DNA of 64,000 bases from Candidatus Binatia bacterium (GCA_963664535.1 OY761465.1:841350-905349); one strand, 5' to 3'. Shown: positions 1 to 9,986, counted from the stretch's first letter. Numbers and translations: made by a program. The notes: generated by a model not told the origin, from the sequence alone.

Positions 1-50
1 AGGGTCGCCACGAGATCGACCCCGGCCTCCTTCAGTCCTTCCACGATCAT
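1..50 (-). CDS. 5'-partial CDS running off the window start (hypothetical; only the first ~16 aa, MIVEGLKEAGVDLVAT..., are visible)
   Basis: ATG at 50-48 on the minus strand opens a frame that stays open to position 1; too short to classify. Confidence 0.25.
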   Translation of the reverse strand, partial: MIVEGLKEAGVDLVAT

Positions 51-307
51 TTCCGGTCCGGGATGGTCCGCCACGCGATGTTCCTCCGTTCCATTTGGAA
101 GTCTGAATATCACTTTTTGCACCAGTCGCGTCAACCGGTCGGACGGGGGTGGTCCCCGGCTTCGCGTCGTCTCCCGGTTCGGACCGCCTCAAACCCGCAC
201 GCGACCCGGTGCGAGTTGCGGGGACCCCGGCTATTGGCTACGTTTCATAAATAGGGAGCGCGTTTTCGCGCCGCGTCGAATGCCTTGAAGGGAGACCCGC
301 AAACATC

Positions 308-1189
308 GTGAAGATCGGCATCGGACTGCCGTTCAAGACCTCCAGGGACAGCTGGCCGGCCATCGAGGCGCTGGCGCGGAAGGCGGACGATGGCCCCTAC
401 TCCAGCTTCGCGGTCATCGACCGGCTCGCCTACGACAACTACGAGCCCCTGGTCATGCTGGCCGCGCTGGCTTCCGTCACCCAACGCATACGTCTCATGA
501 CCGCCGTGCTGGTGGGTCCGCTCAGAGGAGCCGGGGTGTTGGCCAAGCAGGCCGCCACCATCGACGCCATGTCCGGCGGCCGGCTGAGCCTCGGGATCGC
601 GGTGGGCAGCCGGGAGGACGACGCCCTGGTGGCGCCCTCCGGCTTCCACGACCGGGGCCGCCGCTTCGACCGCCAGCTCGACCTCATGCGCCGGATCTGG
701 CGCGGTGAAACCGTCAACGACGCTCAGCGGCCGGTGGGGCCGGAAACGGTGCAACCCGGCGGTCCCGAGCTTCTCATCGGCGGCACGGCGTCGCGCGCCC
801 TGGACCGGGTGGGGAAATTCGCCGACGGCTACGTCATGGGCGGCCGGGCGCTGGACCGGGAGTGGGCCGGCGGCATCCTCCAAAGCATCGACGAATCGTG
901 GCGGGCCCACGGCCGCGCCGGGCGTCCGCGCATCGTGGCGTCCATGCTGGCGGCGTTGGGTCCCGGAGCGGAGGAAGCCGTGCGCGGCGCGTTCGCGGAC
1001 TACTACGGCGGCGATCCCGCGCGCCTCGAGGCCCGCGTGACCCGGGCCAACCTGACCACTCCGGGAGCCATCCGCGAGGCCATCGCGTTCCACCGGGAGC
1101 TGGGCACCGACGAGTTGGTCCTCAAGCCCGCGACCCTTGGAGCCGATCAGATCGACCGGCTGACCGACGCCGTCGTCAAGGAGCTGTGA
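308..1189 (+). CDS. LLM-class (luciferase-like) flavin/F420-dependent oxidoreductase
   Basis: 293-aa ORF with a GTG start preceded by GGGAG; motifs DRLAYDNYEPLVMLAALA and LSLGIAVGSREDD are typical of luciferase-like monooxygenases; paralogous to the ORF at 59960-60871. Confidence 0.8.
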   Translation: MKIGIGLPFKTSRDSWPAIEALARKADDGPYSSFAVIDRLAYDNYEPLVMLAALASVTQRIRLMTAVLVGPLRGAGVLAKQAATIDAMSGGRLSLGIAVGSREDDALVAPSGFHDRGRRFDRQLDLMRRIWRGETVNDAQRPVGPETVQPGGPELLIGGTASRALDRVGKFADGYVMGGRALDREWAGGILQSIDESWRAHGRAGRPRIVASMLAALGPGAEEAVRGAFADYYGGDPARLEARVTRANLTTPGAIREAIAFHRELGTDELVLKPATLGADQIDRLTDAVVKEL

Positions 1190-2097
1190 TGCCGTCAAGC
1201 CGTCTCGTCCCGGAAGGACCGGAGGTGTACCTGGACCACGTGGGGCTCTTCGTCCCGGACTTCGACGCCTCCCCCCGAAGGCTCCGGGAGCTGGGTTTCT
1301 CGCTGACGCCCTTCGTGGCGCACATGGCCAGCACCGAGCCCGGCGTCGCGCCCACCCCCAGCGGCACCGGCAACCAGTGCGCCATCTTCCGCCAGGGCTA
1401 CCTCGAGATGCTCGGACCCACGGTGGACACGCCCTTGTCGCGGCAGCTCCGGGCGCAGCTCGACCGCTACCCGGGATGGCACCTCATCGCGTTCGCGGCC
1501 AACCGGCCCGAGGAAAACCACGAGCGAATCGGCCGGGACGGCTTCAAGCCGCTGCCGCTGGTGCGCTTGGCCCGGCCGGTGCCCACCGACGCCGGAGAGG
1601 AAACCTGCCGCTTCTCGGTCATCCGGGTGCCGCCGGAGGTGATGCCCGAGGGCCGCATCCAGATCGTCACCCACCACACGCCGGAGCTGGTGTGGCAGCC
1701 CCGCTACCAGCATCAGCCCAACGGCATCGCCGCGCTCACCGGCGTGCTGGTGTGCGTGGACGATCCGCGGGAGGCTGCCGAGCGCTTCTGCCGCTTCGTC
1801 GGCGTGGAGCCGGTGGAGAAGAACGACACCTGGGAGATGGGGCTCCATGAAGGACGGGTCGTCTTCATCCAGGCTGGACGCTTTCGCGAGATGTACCCCG
1901 AACGGGAGATGCCCTGCACCCCGTATATCGCCGAGGTCTCCATGCGCGTAGACGATCTCGCGGCCACCGGCCGTCACCTCGACGAAGCCGGCATCCACTA
2001 CGAAATCCCGGACAGCGACGCTCTGCGCGTGCCGGGCGCGGAGGCCCTGGGGGCGGCCTTTCTGTTCCACCAGTCGCCGGAGGGAGGCATCCTGTGA
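1189..2097 (+). CDS. VOC-family (glyoxalase/bleomycin-resistance/dioxygenase fold) protein with two VOC-like halves
   Basis: ATG at 1189 overlaps the upstream TGA (TGATG); [21 protein letters not shown] resembles a glyoxalase-fold N-terminus; the upstream part of the long 862-2097 ORF is a shadow of the LLM gene. Confidence 0.5.
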   Translation: MPSSRLVPEGPEVYLDHVGLFVPDFDASPRRLRELGFSLTPFVAHMASTEPGVAPTPSGTGNQCAIFRQGYLEMLGPTVDTPLSRQLRAQLDRYPGWHLIAFAANRPEENHERIGRDGFKPLPLVRLARPVPTDAGEETCRFSVIRVPPEVMPEGRIQIVTHHTPELVWQPRYQHQPNGIAALTGVLVCVDDPREAAERFCRFVGVEPVEKNDTWEMGLHEGRVVFIQAGRFREMYPEREMPCTPYIAEVSMRVDDLAATGRHLDEAGIHYEIPDSDALRVPGAEALGAAFLFHQSPEGGIL

Positions 2098-3464
2098 GCA
2101 CGGACAAGAGCTACGACTTCGATCTGTTCACCATTGGCGCGGGCTCCGGGGGCGTGCGCGCCAGCCGCATGTCGGCGGCCTACGGCGCCCGGGTGGCCGT
2201 CGCGGAAGAACGCTACCTGGGCGGCACCTGCGTCAACGTCGGCTGCATCCCCAAGAAGCTGCTGGTCTACGGCTCCCACTTCGGCGACGACTTCGAGGAC
2301 GCCGCCGGCTTCGGCTGGACCGTGGGCGAGCGCACCTTCGACTGGCCGTCGCTGATCCGGAACAAGGACCAGGAGATCGCGCGACTCAACTCGATCTACC
2401 GCGAGCTCCTTCAGAGCCACGGTGTCGAGCTGTTCGAGTCCCGGGCGCGGGTGCTGGATCCGCATACGGTGGAGGTCGGGGGCAAGAAGGTCACCGCCGC
2501 CAACATCCTGGTGGCCACGGGAGGCTGGCCCACGGTGCCCAACGTGCCGGGCAAGGAGCACGCCATCACCTCCAACGAGGCGTTCCGCCTCGCGGAGATG
2601 CCCAAGCGCGTCGTCATCGTCGGCGGCGGTTACATCGCGGTGGAGTTCGCCGGCATCTTCAACGGCCTCGGCGCCGAGGTCACCCAGCTCTATCGCGGCC
2701 CGCTGTTCATGCGCGGCTTCGACATCGACGTCCGGAACATCCTTGCCGACGAGATGCGCAAGAAGGGCATCGACCTCCGGTTCGACGCGGACATCGCCGG
2801 CATCGAACGGAACGGCGGGACCCTGACCGCCACCCTGAAGGACGGCCAGACGCTGGAGGCCGACGCGGTGATGTTCGCCACCGGCCGGCTGCCCAACACC
2901 CGCGGCCTGGGCATCGAGGAACTCGGCGTCGAGCTGGCCCGCAACGGCGCGGTGGTGGTGGACGAGCGCTACCGGACCAACATCCCGTCCATCTGGGCCC
3001 TGGGCGACGTCACCGACCGGGTCAAGCTCACCCCGGTGGCCATCGCCGAGGCCATGCTCTTGGCCCGGAACCTCTTCAAGGGCGACGTCGGGCCGATGGA
3101 CTACGTGAACATTCCTTCCGCGGTCTTCAGCCAGCCGCCGGTGGGTACGGTGGGATACACCGAGGAAGCGGCCCGGGAGCACCGCGGGGAAGTGGACGTC
3201 TACCGGGCAGTGTTCAGGCCGCTCAAGCACACCCTGTCCGGACGGGACGAGAAGACCATGATGAAGCTCATCGTCGAGCGCGCCGGCGACCGGGTGGTGG
3301 GCTGCCACATGGTAGGCGCCGAGGCCGGCGAGATCATCCAGGGACTGGCCGTGGCCCTGAGTTGCAACGCCACCAAGGCCGACTTCGACCGGACCATCGG
3401 GATACATCCCACCGCCGCGGAAGAGTTCGTGACCATGCGCGAGCCGGTGACCGCCGGGAGCTGA
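2094..3464 (+). CDS. gor: glutathione-disulfide reductase
   Basis: FAD motif GAGSGG; redox-active disulfide [13 protein letters not shown]; NAD(P) motif [13 protein letters not shown]; C-terminal HPTAAEE dimerisation/His motif; ATGA overlap with the upstream gene. Confidence 0.9.
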   Translation: MSTDKSYDFDLFTIGAGSGGVRASRMSAAYGARVAVAEERYLGGTCVNVGCIPKKLLVYGSHFGDDFEDAAGFGWTVGERTFDWPSLIRNKDQEIARLNSIYRELLQSHGVELFESRARVLDPHTVEVGGKKVTAANILVATGGWPTVPNVPGKEHAITSNEAFRLAEMPKRVVIVGGGYIAVEFAGIFNGLGAEVTQLYRGPLFMRGFDIDVRNILADEMRKKGIDLRFDADIAGIERNGGTLTATLKDGQTLEADAVMFATGRLPNTRGLGIEELGVELARNGAVVVDERYRTNIPSIWALGDVTDRVKLTPVAIAEAMLLARNLFKGDVGPMDYVNIPSAVFSQPPVGTVGYTEEAAREHRGEVDVYRAVFRPLKHTLSGRDEKTMMKLIVERAGDRVVGCHMVGAEAGEIIQGLAVALSCNATKADFDRTIGIHPTAAEEFVTMREPVTAGS

Positions 3465-3487
3465 ACCAGAAACCCGCCCCTACACGG

Positions 3488-3820
3488 ATGCGCAGACTTG
3501 GTTCGATTCTGGCGGTTTGCCTCGCGCTGGCGCTGCTGAGCGCCTGTGGGGAGGTTGAAGAGGTGAAGGGACCGGACCCGGCCCGAGGGAGGCGGCTTTA
3601 CCTCGCGACCTGTATCGTTTGCCACAACACGGATCCGAGCAAGCCGGGCTCCCAGGGGCCGCCCATCAAGGGGGCTTCACTGGAGTTGCTGGAGGCCAAG
3701 GTCCTGCGCAAGACTTATCCGCCGGACTACAAGCCCCAACGGACGACCAAGGCCATGCCCACCTACCCCCAGTTGAGAAAAAGAATCCCCGATATCGCTG
3801 CCTATCTGGCGAAGCCGTAG
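3488..3820 (+). CDS. small lipoprotein cytochrome c (class I, single CxxCH)
   Basis: signal peptide plus lipobox LLSAC; haem-binding CIVCH. Confidence 0.7.
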   Translation: MRRLGSILAVCLALALLSACGEVEEVKGPDPARGRRLYLATCIVCHNTDPSKPGSQGPPIKGASLELLEAKVLRKTYPPDYKPQRTTKAMPTYPQLRKRIPDIAAYLAKP

Positions 3821-3825
3821 GCGGC

Positions 3826-4560
3826 CTACGCCAACTCCAGAAGAATCCAGAAGACCACGGTGAGGATGAAGCCGCTCCAGAGCACTTTCGGAATGGACGT
3901 CAACAGTTTCTTGGTGCCTCCTCCGGCATCACCCACCAATGCGTTCAACTCGACGATGGCGACGATCACGAGGCTGACGATCCAGAACACCGCCAAACCG
4001 CCGCCGCCGGACTCGCCGTGGGGATAGTGGCTCGCCGCGCCCATGAGGAACAGCATGGGAATGGAGAGCAGCGTATTGGTACGGGAGGCGAACCCGGCCC
4101 ACTGGCCCTTGCTCGCCGCGTCCGGAAGCGGCTCTCCGCCCTCGGCCACCTTGTTGGCGGAGGCGATGACCACCTGCTGATTGGGCCAGATCACCAGCCA
4201 CACGTTGAGGAACATGATGGTCCCCATGGTGCCGCCGATGGTGATGGCCATGCCGTAGCCGATGATGAAGAAGTCTCCGCCGAATTGCCCCAGCTTGATG
4301 AGCCACATGAGAATGCCGGCCAGGAAGGTGAACATGGCGCCCCAGCGGAACCACCAGAGGGCCCGGGGCACGAGCTTCTGTATGGCGCCGGTGCGGGTCC
4401 CTGCTTCGGTCTCGGCGAAGAACGGCGTCTGAACGAAGTTGAAGTAGTACAACAAGCCTATCCAGGTGACACCGGCCAACAAATGCACCCAACGCAGTAA
4501 GAATTCAACGAGCTCCATCAAGCACCTCCTGTTTGCTGCCTCTCGTAACGTGAAACTCAC
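3826..4560 (-). CDS. polytopic membrane protein, PuuD-N-terminal/CopD-like (Urate_ox_N-like) family
   Basis: six or more predicted TM helices; HLLAGVTWIGLLYYFNFVQ resembles the membrane domain of cytochrome-c urate hydroxylase-type proteins; convergent with the cytochrome c gene. Confidence 0.45.
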   Translation of the reverse strand: MSFTLREAANRRCLMELVEFLLRWVHLLAGVTWIGLLYYFNFVQTPFFAETEAGTRTGAIQKLVPRALWWFRWGAMFTFLAGILMWLIKLGQFGGDFFIIGYGMAITIGGTMGTIMFLNVWLVIWPNQQVVIASANKVAEGGEPLPDAASKGQWAGFASRTNTLLSIPMLFLMGAASHYPHGESGGGGLAVFWIVSLVIVAIVELNALVGDAGGGTKKLLTSIPKVLWSGFILTVVFWILLELA

Positions 4561-4615
4561 GCATTATATTCCGTAACGGGCCGCGTGGTCAATGAAGAGT
4601 GCCGGAGCCGTCCAT

Positions 4616-6817
4616 TCACTCCTCCACCGCAAACGGGCCGTATCGCTCGTAGAGCTCGCGGAGCCTGGCCTTGTAGTAGTCCACGTTCTCATCGGGGCTG
4701 GCCGGGTCCCATTCCGAGACGTGCCGGCAGTTCTCGTTCACCCTGACGTTGGCCCCTTCCCCGGCGACGTAGCAGGAGACCTGGTCTCCGGGCAGATGCT
4801 TCCGGTGCGACCGGAGCGCCACCTCGTAGGCGCCCCGGGGATGCTGCTTCCCGCCCTTGACCTTCACCTGGTAGTCGTCGAGTGATTCCCGCAGGGTCTC
4901 GGTCCGCTTCAGCAGGGACAAGTCGAGGCGATGACCCGTAATGTCCTCGCGATACCGCTCGTAGAGGGCGGGCACCTCGCCCTTGCGCCCCTCCAGCAGA
5001 AGCCGGAGCATCTCCTCCAACCACCGGCGCCGGTAGCGCTCGAGCCCCCGGAAGCTCAAATCGGAGCCGGCGAGGAAAAGTTCGTCGTGCTCGTCCAGCA
5101 GCGCGTGATTCTCCGGTCCGTGGCAGAAGACGGCCCGATAGCGCGCCAGGGGCAGATCCACCTTCCAGGGCAACGACGCTGAGGCCTCCGATATCAGCGC
5201 TTCCGCCGACCCGGCCGGGGGGACAAAGTAGATGCCGCCGGCATCCAGCGTGACCACCCGGGCACGGCGTTCCTCCAGCCCCACGGCCAGGGCGCGGACC
5301 AGCTCTCCACCGGCTCGGGTCACATGGTTTGCGGCGGCAAAGTCGTTGAAGTGGCCCGGGGGCCACGCCAGATAGTCGTGGAACGACTCCAGCACCCCCT
5401 TGAGAGCGGACCGCGCCGTGGCGACGAAACGGGAAGGGTCCCCCGGCGGCGCGGCATCGGCCACCGGCCCGGCCCGCTCCCGCAGCTCCCGGAACCCGCG
5501 CAGCAAGGCCGGGAAGACCCCGAGTTCGTCGGTTCCAGGACGGCAGTCGCCGGCGGCCATCACCGCCGGGTACAGGGCCGTGACGTCGCAACGGATGGCC
5601 GGCCGCGAGACCCCCGGGACCTTCAGGCCCGTGTACTTCGCCTCCACGGGCTCCGGGGCCATCGGGACGGGAATGGCGTACCGCCGGGCGAGATACTCCC
5701 TGAGCAGCAGGCCTTCGACCTTGGCCGGACCGTCCACTAGCGCAGTCTCCTGGTAACGGCATGGGAAGACCCGCGCCTGGAGGTAGCAGCCCGGCGACAG
5801 CAGCGCCGATATGGCCCGGGTCTCGCGCACGTCGTCGAGGGCGTAGCGGAAGAGGGTGTCGGGATCGTGATCGAAGTACCAGCTCGCCTGTTCGCCCGGA
5901 ATATAGGTCCGGTCCGGAGCCGCCACGCCGAAATGGCGCGCCACGTCCTTGAGGCCGTTCCGCTTGAGCTCGGGATTCGTTTGGCTGTAGCGCTGGGCGA
6001 GAAACCACGTATCGATGACGTGGCGCCCGTGGATGGCGTAGTCGCGGTACGGAATCACCCGGTCGCCGGCGTCGAACCGCGCCCGGCCGTGCCGGAGCCC
6101 GCTGCCGTCCCTGCCCACCGTCAGGTCCACGCCGTACCGGCGCGCGCGCTCTTCGATGTAAGGCAGGTCGAAGCGGAAGATGTTGTGACCCTCGATCACG
6201 TCCGGGTCGCGGTCACGGATCTCCCGGACCATTTCCGCCAGCATCCCGGCCTCGTCGTGTTCCCGGCCGGATATGAGACGTTCCCAGCCGCTGCTGTCCG
6301 ACATGGCCACGGCGGTGATGCGGTCGCCTTCCCGAAGCGGATTGGGGAACTCGAACCCGTCCGTGCGATACACTTCCAGGTCGATCTGCATGCGGACGAG
6401 GCGGTCGAAGCCCATGCCCAGGAAATGGGTCGTCCCGGACCAAAGGAGGTACTGCTGCACGGGATCGCGGAGGTACAGACAGGGTGAGCCGGGAGCGCCC
6501 AGGCTTCTGCCGCTCTTGCGCTGCAGCCAGGACCTCGCCGACTCCAGGCTCTCGACGTCGGGGAATCGGGCCAACCAGCGGAACGCGCCCGTCCCCGACA
6601 GAGGCTCGACGCGGCACGGGCCCTTCCATCCCGCGATCTTGTCCTCGGATGTCAGCCAGAGGAACGGCTCGAACGGGACAGTCGTGGAAGCCACACCGGA
6701 CGAGGTCCTGGAGAATATCCGGATGTGGCGGTTGCCGTCGAGCTCCACGCCGACCACGTCCTGCGTCGCATCGCGGCCGTACAGCAGGGTATCGTATGGG
6801 GGGGTCGAATCGCACAT
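4616..6817 (-). CDS. family B DNA polymerase (Pol II-like) with a 3'-5' exonuclease domain
   Basis: Exo I MQIDLE, Exo II NIFRFDLPY, Exo III HVIDTW; Pol motif A DVTALYPAV; a region resembling motif C reads TLDAGGIYF; start is uncertain (Met at 6817 or the ORF start at 6967). Confidence 0.7.
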   Translation of the reverse strand: MCDSTPPYDTLLYGRDATQDVVGVELDGNRHIRIFSRTSSGVASTTVPFEPFLWLTSEDKIAGWKGPCRVEPLSGTGAFRWLARFPDVESLESARSWLQRKSGRSLGAPGSPCLYLRDPVQQYLLWSGTTHFLGMGFDRLVRMQIDLEVYRTDGFEFPNPLREGDRITAVAMSDSSGWERLISGREHDEAGMLAEMVREIRDRDPDVIEGHNIFRFDLPYIEERARRYGVDLTVGRDGSGLRHGRARFDAGDRVIPYRDYAIHGRHVIDTWFLAQRYSQTNPELKRNGLKDVARHFGVAAPDRTYIPGEQASWYFDHDPDTLFRYALDDVRETRAISALLSPGCYLQARVFPCRYQETALVDGPAKVEGLLLREYLARRYAIPVPMAPEPVEAKYTGLKVPGVSRPAIRCDVTALYPAVMAAGDCRPGTDELGVFPALLRGFRELRERAGPVADAAPPGDPSRFVATARSALKGVLESFHDYLAWPPGHFNDFAAANHVTRAGGELVRALAVGLEERRARVVTLDAGGIYFVPPAGSAEALISEASASLPWKVDLPLARYRAVFCHGPENHALLDEHDELFLAGSDLSFRGLERYRRRWLEEMLRLLLEGRKGEVPALYERYREDITGHRLDLSLLKRTETLRESLDDYQVKVKGGKQHPRGAYEVALRSHRKHLPGDQVSCYVAGEGANVRVNENCRHVSEWDPASPDENVDYYKARLRELYERYGPFAVEE

Positions 6818-6991
6818 CACGGGTCTACCGGCGAGGGATCGAGCGACGAATCCCGGACCCCGTGGACTTTCTACCAGATCCGTCCGGTTACGGGAATGCG
6901 GGCTCGACCCGCTCCCGAAGTCCGGGCACGCCGGCGCCGGGTTTGCAGCCCCGGCTGGTGCTGCCATGAACAGATGTGCTAGAGAACAACC

Positions 6992-7777
6992 ATGGCTTCC
7001 GACGCCGTCTCCTACATTCGCCGGCCCCGTCTGCGGAGACCTTTCCTGATCCTGTCGTTCTCGGGCTGGAGCGACGCCGGGTCGTCGGCTACCTCAGCGG
7101 TCCGGTACCTGATCGAACAGCTCCTGGCCTCGGAGCTGGCCAAGATCGACCCCGAAGACTACTACGACTTCTCGGTTCACAGGCCCCAGGTCCGCCTGGT
7201 GGACGGACAGCGCGAGATCGAATGGCCGTCGTATGACTTCCATTACTACAAGACCGGCAACGAGCTGGACCGGGACTTCATCTTCGCCTCCGGCGCGGAG
7301 CCGCACCTGCACTGGAAAGCGTTCACCCGGACGGTGCTGGACCTCGCCCGGGAGTGGAAGGTCGCCCGCATCATCACCCTGGGAGCCCTTCTGGACGAGG
7401 TCCTCTACACCAAGCCGGTGCCCCTGAACGGATTCTCGTCGGACCCCGAGTTGATGAAGGAGCTGGACTTCACGCCGTCCCGGTACCAGGGGCCCACGGG
7501 CATCGTCGGGATCCTCGCGGACACTTTCCGCAAGGAAAGCGTGCCGCACGTGAGCCTGTGGGCGGCGCTGCCGCACTACCTGGCGCCGTCTCCCAACCCC
7601 CGGGGGACCCTGGCGCTGGTCCTCCGGCTGACCCAATGGCTCGGGATCCGCATCGACACGGGCCCGCTGGAGCGGGCCGCGGGCGAGTTCCAGAACAAGG
7701 TGAACGACGTGGTCAACAGCGACCCGAACCTCTCGGCTCTGGTCCGGGAGCTTCAGAAGCACGAGTTCGAGCAATAG
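6992..7777 (+). CDS. PAC2-family (proteasome-assembly-chaperone-like) protein
   Basis: 261 aa; N-terminal FLILSFSGWSDAGSSATSAVRYLIEQL matches the PAC2/ATP-grasp-like superfamily pattern. Confidence 0.5.
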   Translation: MASDAVSYIRRPRLRRPFLILSFSGWSDAGSSATSAVRYLIEQLLASELAKIDPEDYYDFSVHRPQVRLVDGQREIEWPSYDFHYYKTGNELDRDFIFASGAEPHLHWKAFTRTVLDLAREWKVARIITLGALLDEVLYTKPVPLNGFSSDPELMKELDFTPSRYQGPTGIVGILADTFRKESVPHVSLWAALPHYLAPSPNPRGTLALVLRLTQWLGIRIDTGPLERAAGEFQNKVNDVVNSDPNLSALVRELQKHEFEQ

Positions 7778-7791
7778 AGGAGGAAAGACCC

Positions 7792-8238
7792 ATGCGCAAA
7801 TCATCTTGGCTGTTGGTCCTGTTGGCGGGGATATTCTTGATGACGGGTGCGGGTGCGGCTTGGGCACAGCAGTTCGACAAGGTCATCGCGGAACGCCAGG
7901 AACTGATGAAGGGCATCGGCGGGGCGAGCAAGGCCCTGCGTTCCGCCGCCGACGCGGCGGCGGTGGCTGCCAGCGCCGACAAGCTGGTGGCGGCCTTTGC
8001 CAAGATCAACGCCGACACCTTTCCCAAGGGAAGCGCCGACGGCTCGCGGTCCAAGCCGGAGATTTGGGAGCAGTGGGACGATTTCACGAAGGCGGCCAAG
8101 AACGCCGTGACCCTGGCCCAGGCCATCGCCACCAAGGCCCGGGCCGGCGAGAACACCGCCGAACTCGTCAAGGCCTTCGGCAGGAACGCCTGCGGAAGCT
8201 GTCACCGGCCGTTCCGGAAACCCAAGAAGCGGAGTTGA
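7792..8238 (+). CDS. class II cytochrome c (cytochrome c-prime/c556-like), secreted
   Basis: RBS GAGGAGG; signal peptide; four-helix-bundle-like composition; C-terminal CGSCH haem motif. Confidence 0.7.
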   Translation: MRKSSWLLVLLAGIFLMTGAGAAWAQQFDKVIAERQELMKGIGGASKALRSAADAAAVAASADKLVAAFAKINADTFPKGSADGSRSKPEIWEQWDDFTKAAKNAVTLAQAIATKARAGENTAELVKAFGRNACGSCHRPFRKPKKRS

Positions 8239-8255
8239 GCCCACCCGCCGCCCGC

Positions 8256-8531
8256 ATGATTACGCAACACGTCGGGGAAGCGGCCCTGCCGGACATCGAG
8301 GCATGGGCCAACGCCATCATCCGCTCGGAGGACGACACCGTGAAAGCGGTGGAGTCCTATCACGACGCGGACTCCAACACCTACGTCATCCGCCTGACCC
8401 GGGACGCCCGGGTGCTGCTCTTCCGGCTCTCGGAAGCGCAAGTGCACACCCCGGAACGCGAACCCGAGTGCGAGAAGACCCTCCGGAACAGAGTGAAGGA
8501 AGTACGCCGGTTGCTGGGACGGATGGCATGA
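8256..8531 (+). CDS. hypothetical protein (91 aa)
   Basis: ATG at 8256 in the frame of ORF 7806-8531; protein-like composition; no recognisable family. Confidence 0.35.
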   Translation: MITQHVGEAALPDIEAWANAIIRSEDDTVKAVESYHDADSNTYVIRLTRDARVLLFRLSEAQVHTPEREPECEKTLRNRVKEVRRLLGRMA

Positions 8532-8550
8532 GCCGCCCGGATTTCGCGCG

Positions 8551-9519
8551 CTACAGTCCGGCCGCCATCTCTTTCGCGAAGTAGGTGAGAATCAGGTCGG
8601 CGCCGGCCCGCTTGATGGACAGCAGGACCTCCGGGACCACGGTGCTCTCGTCGATCCAGCCGTTCTGGGCCGCGGCCTTGATCATGGCGTATTCGCCGCT
8701 CACATTGTAGGCGGCGGTGGGATGATTGAAGCGCTGTTTCACACGCGAGATGACGTCCAGGTACGACAGCGCCGGCTTCACCATCACGATGTCGGCGCCC
8801 TCGGCGATATCCGCCTCCACCTCCCGCAGCGCCTCGTCGCTGTTGCCCGGGTCCATCTGATAGGAACGCCGGTCGCCGAACTGCGGGGTCGATTCCGCGG
8901 CCTCGCGGAAAGGCCCGTAGAAACCCGACGCATACTTGGCGGCGTAGGCCATGATGACCACGTTCTCCAGACCATCTCCGTCCAGCGCGGCGCGAACCGC
9001 CCCCACCCGGCCGTCCATCATGTCGGAAGGAGCGACGACATCGGCCCCGGCGCGGGCGTGGGACAGGGCTTCCTTCGCCAGCAGCTCCAGGGAGGCGTCG
9101 TTGGCCACCTCTCCGTCCTCGATGATGCCGCAGTGGCCGTGGTCGGTGTACTCGCACAGGCAGACGTCGGTGATCACCAACAGGTCCGGGACCCTGTCCT
9201 TGATGGCCCGGACCGCTTCCTGTACCACGCCGTTCTCGGCGTAGGCTTCCGAGCCCACGGCGTCCTTGGTCTCGGGGATTCCGAAGAGGATCACGCCGGG
9301 AATGCCCAGATGCCATACGGTCTCGGCCTCGCCGGCGGCCCGGTCCGCCGAAAGCTGGGCGACGCCGGGCATGGAAGTCACCGGTTGCACCCGGTCGCGC
9401 CCCGGGCACACGAACAACGGGTAGATGAAGTCCCGCGGACTCAGAGCGGTCTCGCGCACCAAGTCGCGCAAAAGGCCGGTCCGCCGAAGTCTTCGCGGTC
9501 GGGTGACGGGAAATGCCAT
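8551..9519 (-). CDS. hemB: porphobilinogen synthase (delta-aminolevulinate dehydratase)
   Basis: full-length 322 aa with active-site lysines in [12 protein letters not shown] and SGEYAM; typical HemB N-terminus RPRRLR. Confidence 0.92.
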   Translation of the reverse strand: MAFPVTRPRRLRRTGLLRDLVRETALSPRDFIYPLFVCPGRDRVQPVTSMPGVAQLSADRAAGEAETVWHLGIPGVILFGIPETKDAVGSEAYAENGVVQEAVRAIKDRVPDLLVITDVCLCEYTDHGHCGIIEDGEVANDASLELLAKEALSHARAGADVVAPSDMMDGRVGAVRAALDGDGLENVVIMAYAAKYASGFYGPFREAAESTPQFGDRRSYQMDPGNSDEALREVEADIAEGADIVMVKPALSYLDVISRVKQRFNHPTAAYNVSGEYAMIKAAAQNGWIDESTVVPEVLLSIKRAGADLILTYFAKEMAAGL

Positions 9520-9617
9520 GGGTTGCCTCCCTCAGGTGCGGTCTGTCGCAGCGCGGACGGGATTGAAACTTGCTTGTCTAGTGTCGTGTCCCACGTAAAT
9601 GTTGACAAAGATGCGAA

Positions 9618-9986
9618 TTAACCGGACAGGACACTAGCTTTGTCGGGACCACACAGAAACCATCCGTCATGCCGCCCCAGCGCGTGCGCCCAGAGCGCCT
9701 CCTCACCCCCGTCCAACGCGATGCCCTGTATCTGAACCAACAGTTTGGCGCGTTCGCCGTCGCCAACAGGATGCACGGCCGACAGCGAAACCCGTAGCTC
9801 GCTGGCGACAATGGACTGCTCCGTCCGACGCCGCTGAAAGCCCGTCTGCGTCTCCATCACGCAAAGTTCAACGGTTTCCACCCGATAGCCACCGACCAGC
9901 GCCTGCCACGAGCCCGTCCGATGCGACTCGATGATCGCGTTCGTGTCCACGAGCAGCGCCGTCTCGTGGTCGACCCTTCTGCTCAC
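9618..9986 (-). CDS. DUF4411-type PIN-like protein (putative toxin/nuclease partner of the ImmA-HTH protein)
   Basis: GTG start overlaps the upstream TGA (GTGA); N-terminal LLVDTNAIIESHRTGSWQAL fits the DUF4411/PIN-like pattern. Confidence 0.55.
   Translation of the reverse strand: MSRRVDHETALLVDTNAIIESHRTGSWQALVGGYRVETVELCVMETQTGFQRRRTEQSIVASELRVSLSAVHPVGDGERAKLLVQIQGIALDGGEEALWAHALGRHDGWFLCGPDKASVLSG

Noticed and set aside
245-1198. Long antisense ORFs overlapping well-supported genes (for example 245-1198 -, 1998-3407 -, 13152-14414 +, 15351-16790 +, 21455-24397 +, 30732-33575 -, 39329-41395 -, 42724-44397 +, 46572-48806 +, 58508-59959 +)
   Set aside because: Typical high-GC shadow ORFs. 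Their translations are Arg/Gly/Pro/Ala-rich low-complexity with no recognisable motifs, whereas the opposite strand encodes clearly conserved proteins.
862-2097. 411-aa ORF apparently spanning the LLM gene and the VOC gene
   Set aside because: Only the part from the ATG at 1189 onward is protein-like. The upstream part is an out-of-frame read of the LLM coding region.
6872-6890. TACCAGA half-site, matching one arm of the lexA operator, upstream of the polB-like gene
   Set aside because: The second arm does not match (CGGTTAC vs TCTGGTA), and the site may lie within the coding sequence if polB starts at 6967. A single half-site is insufficient.
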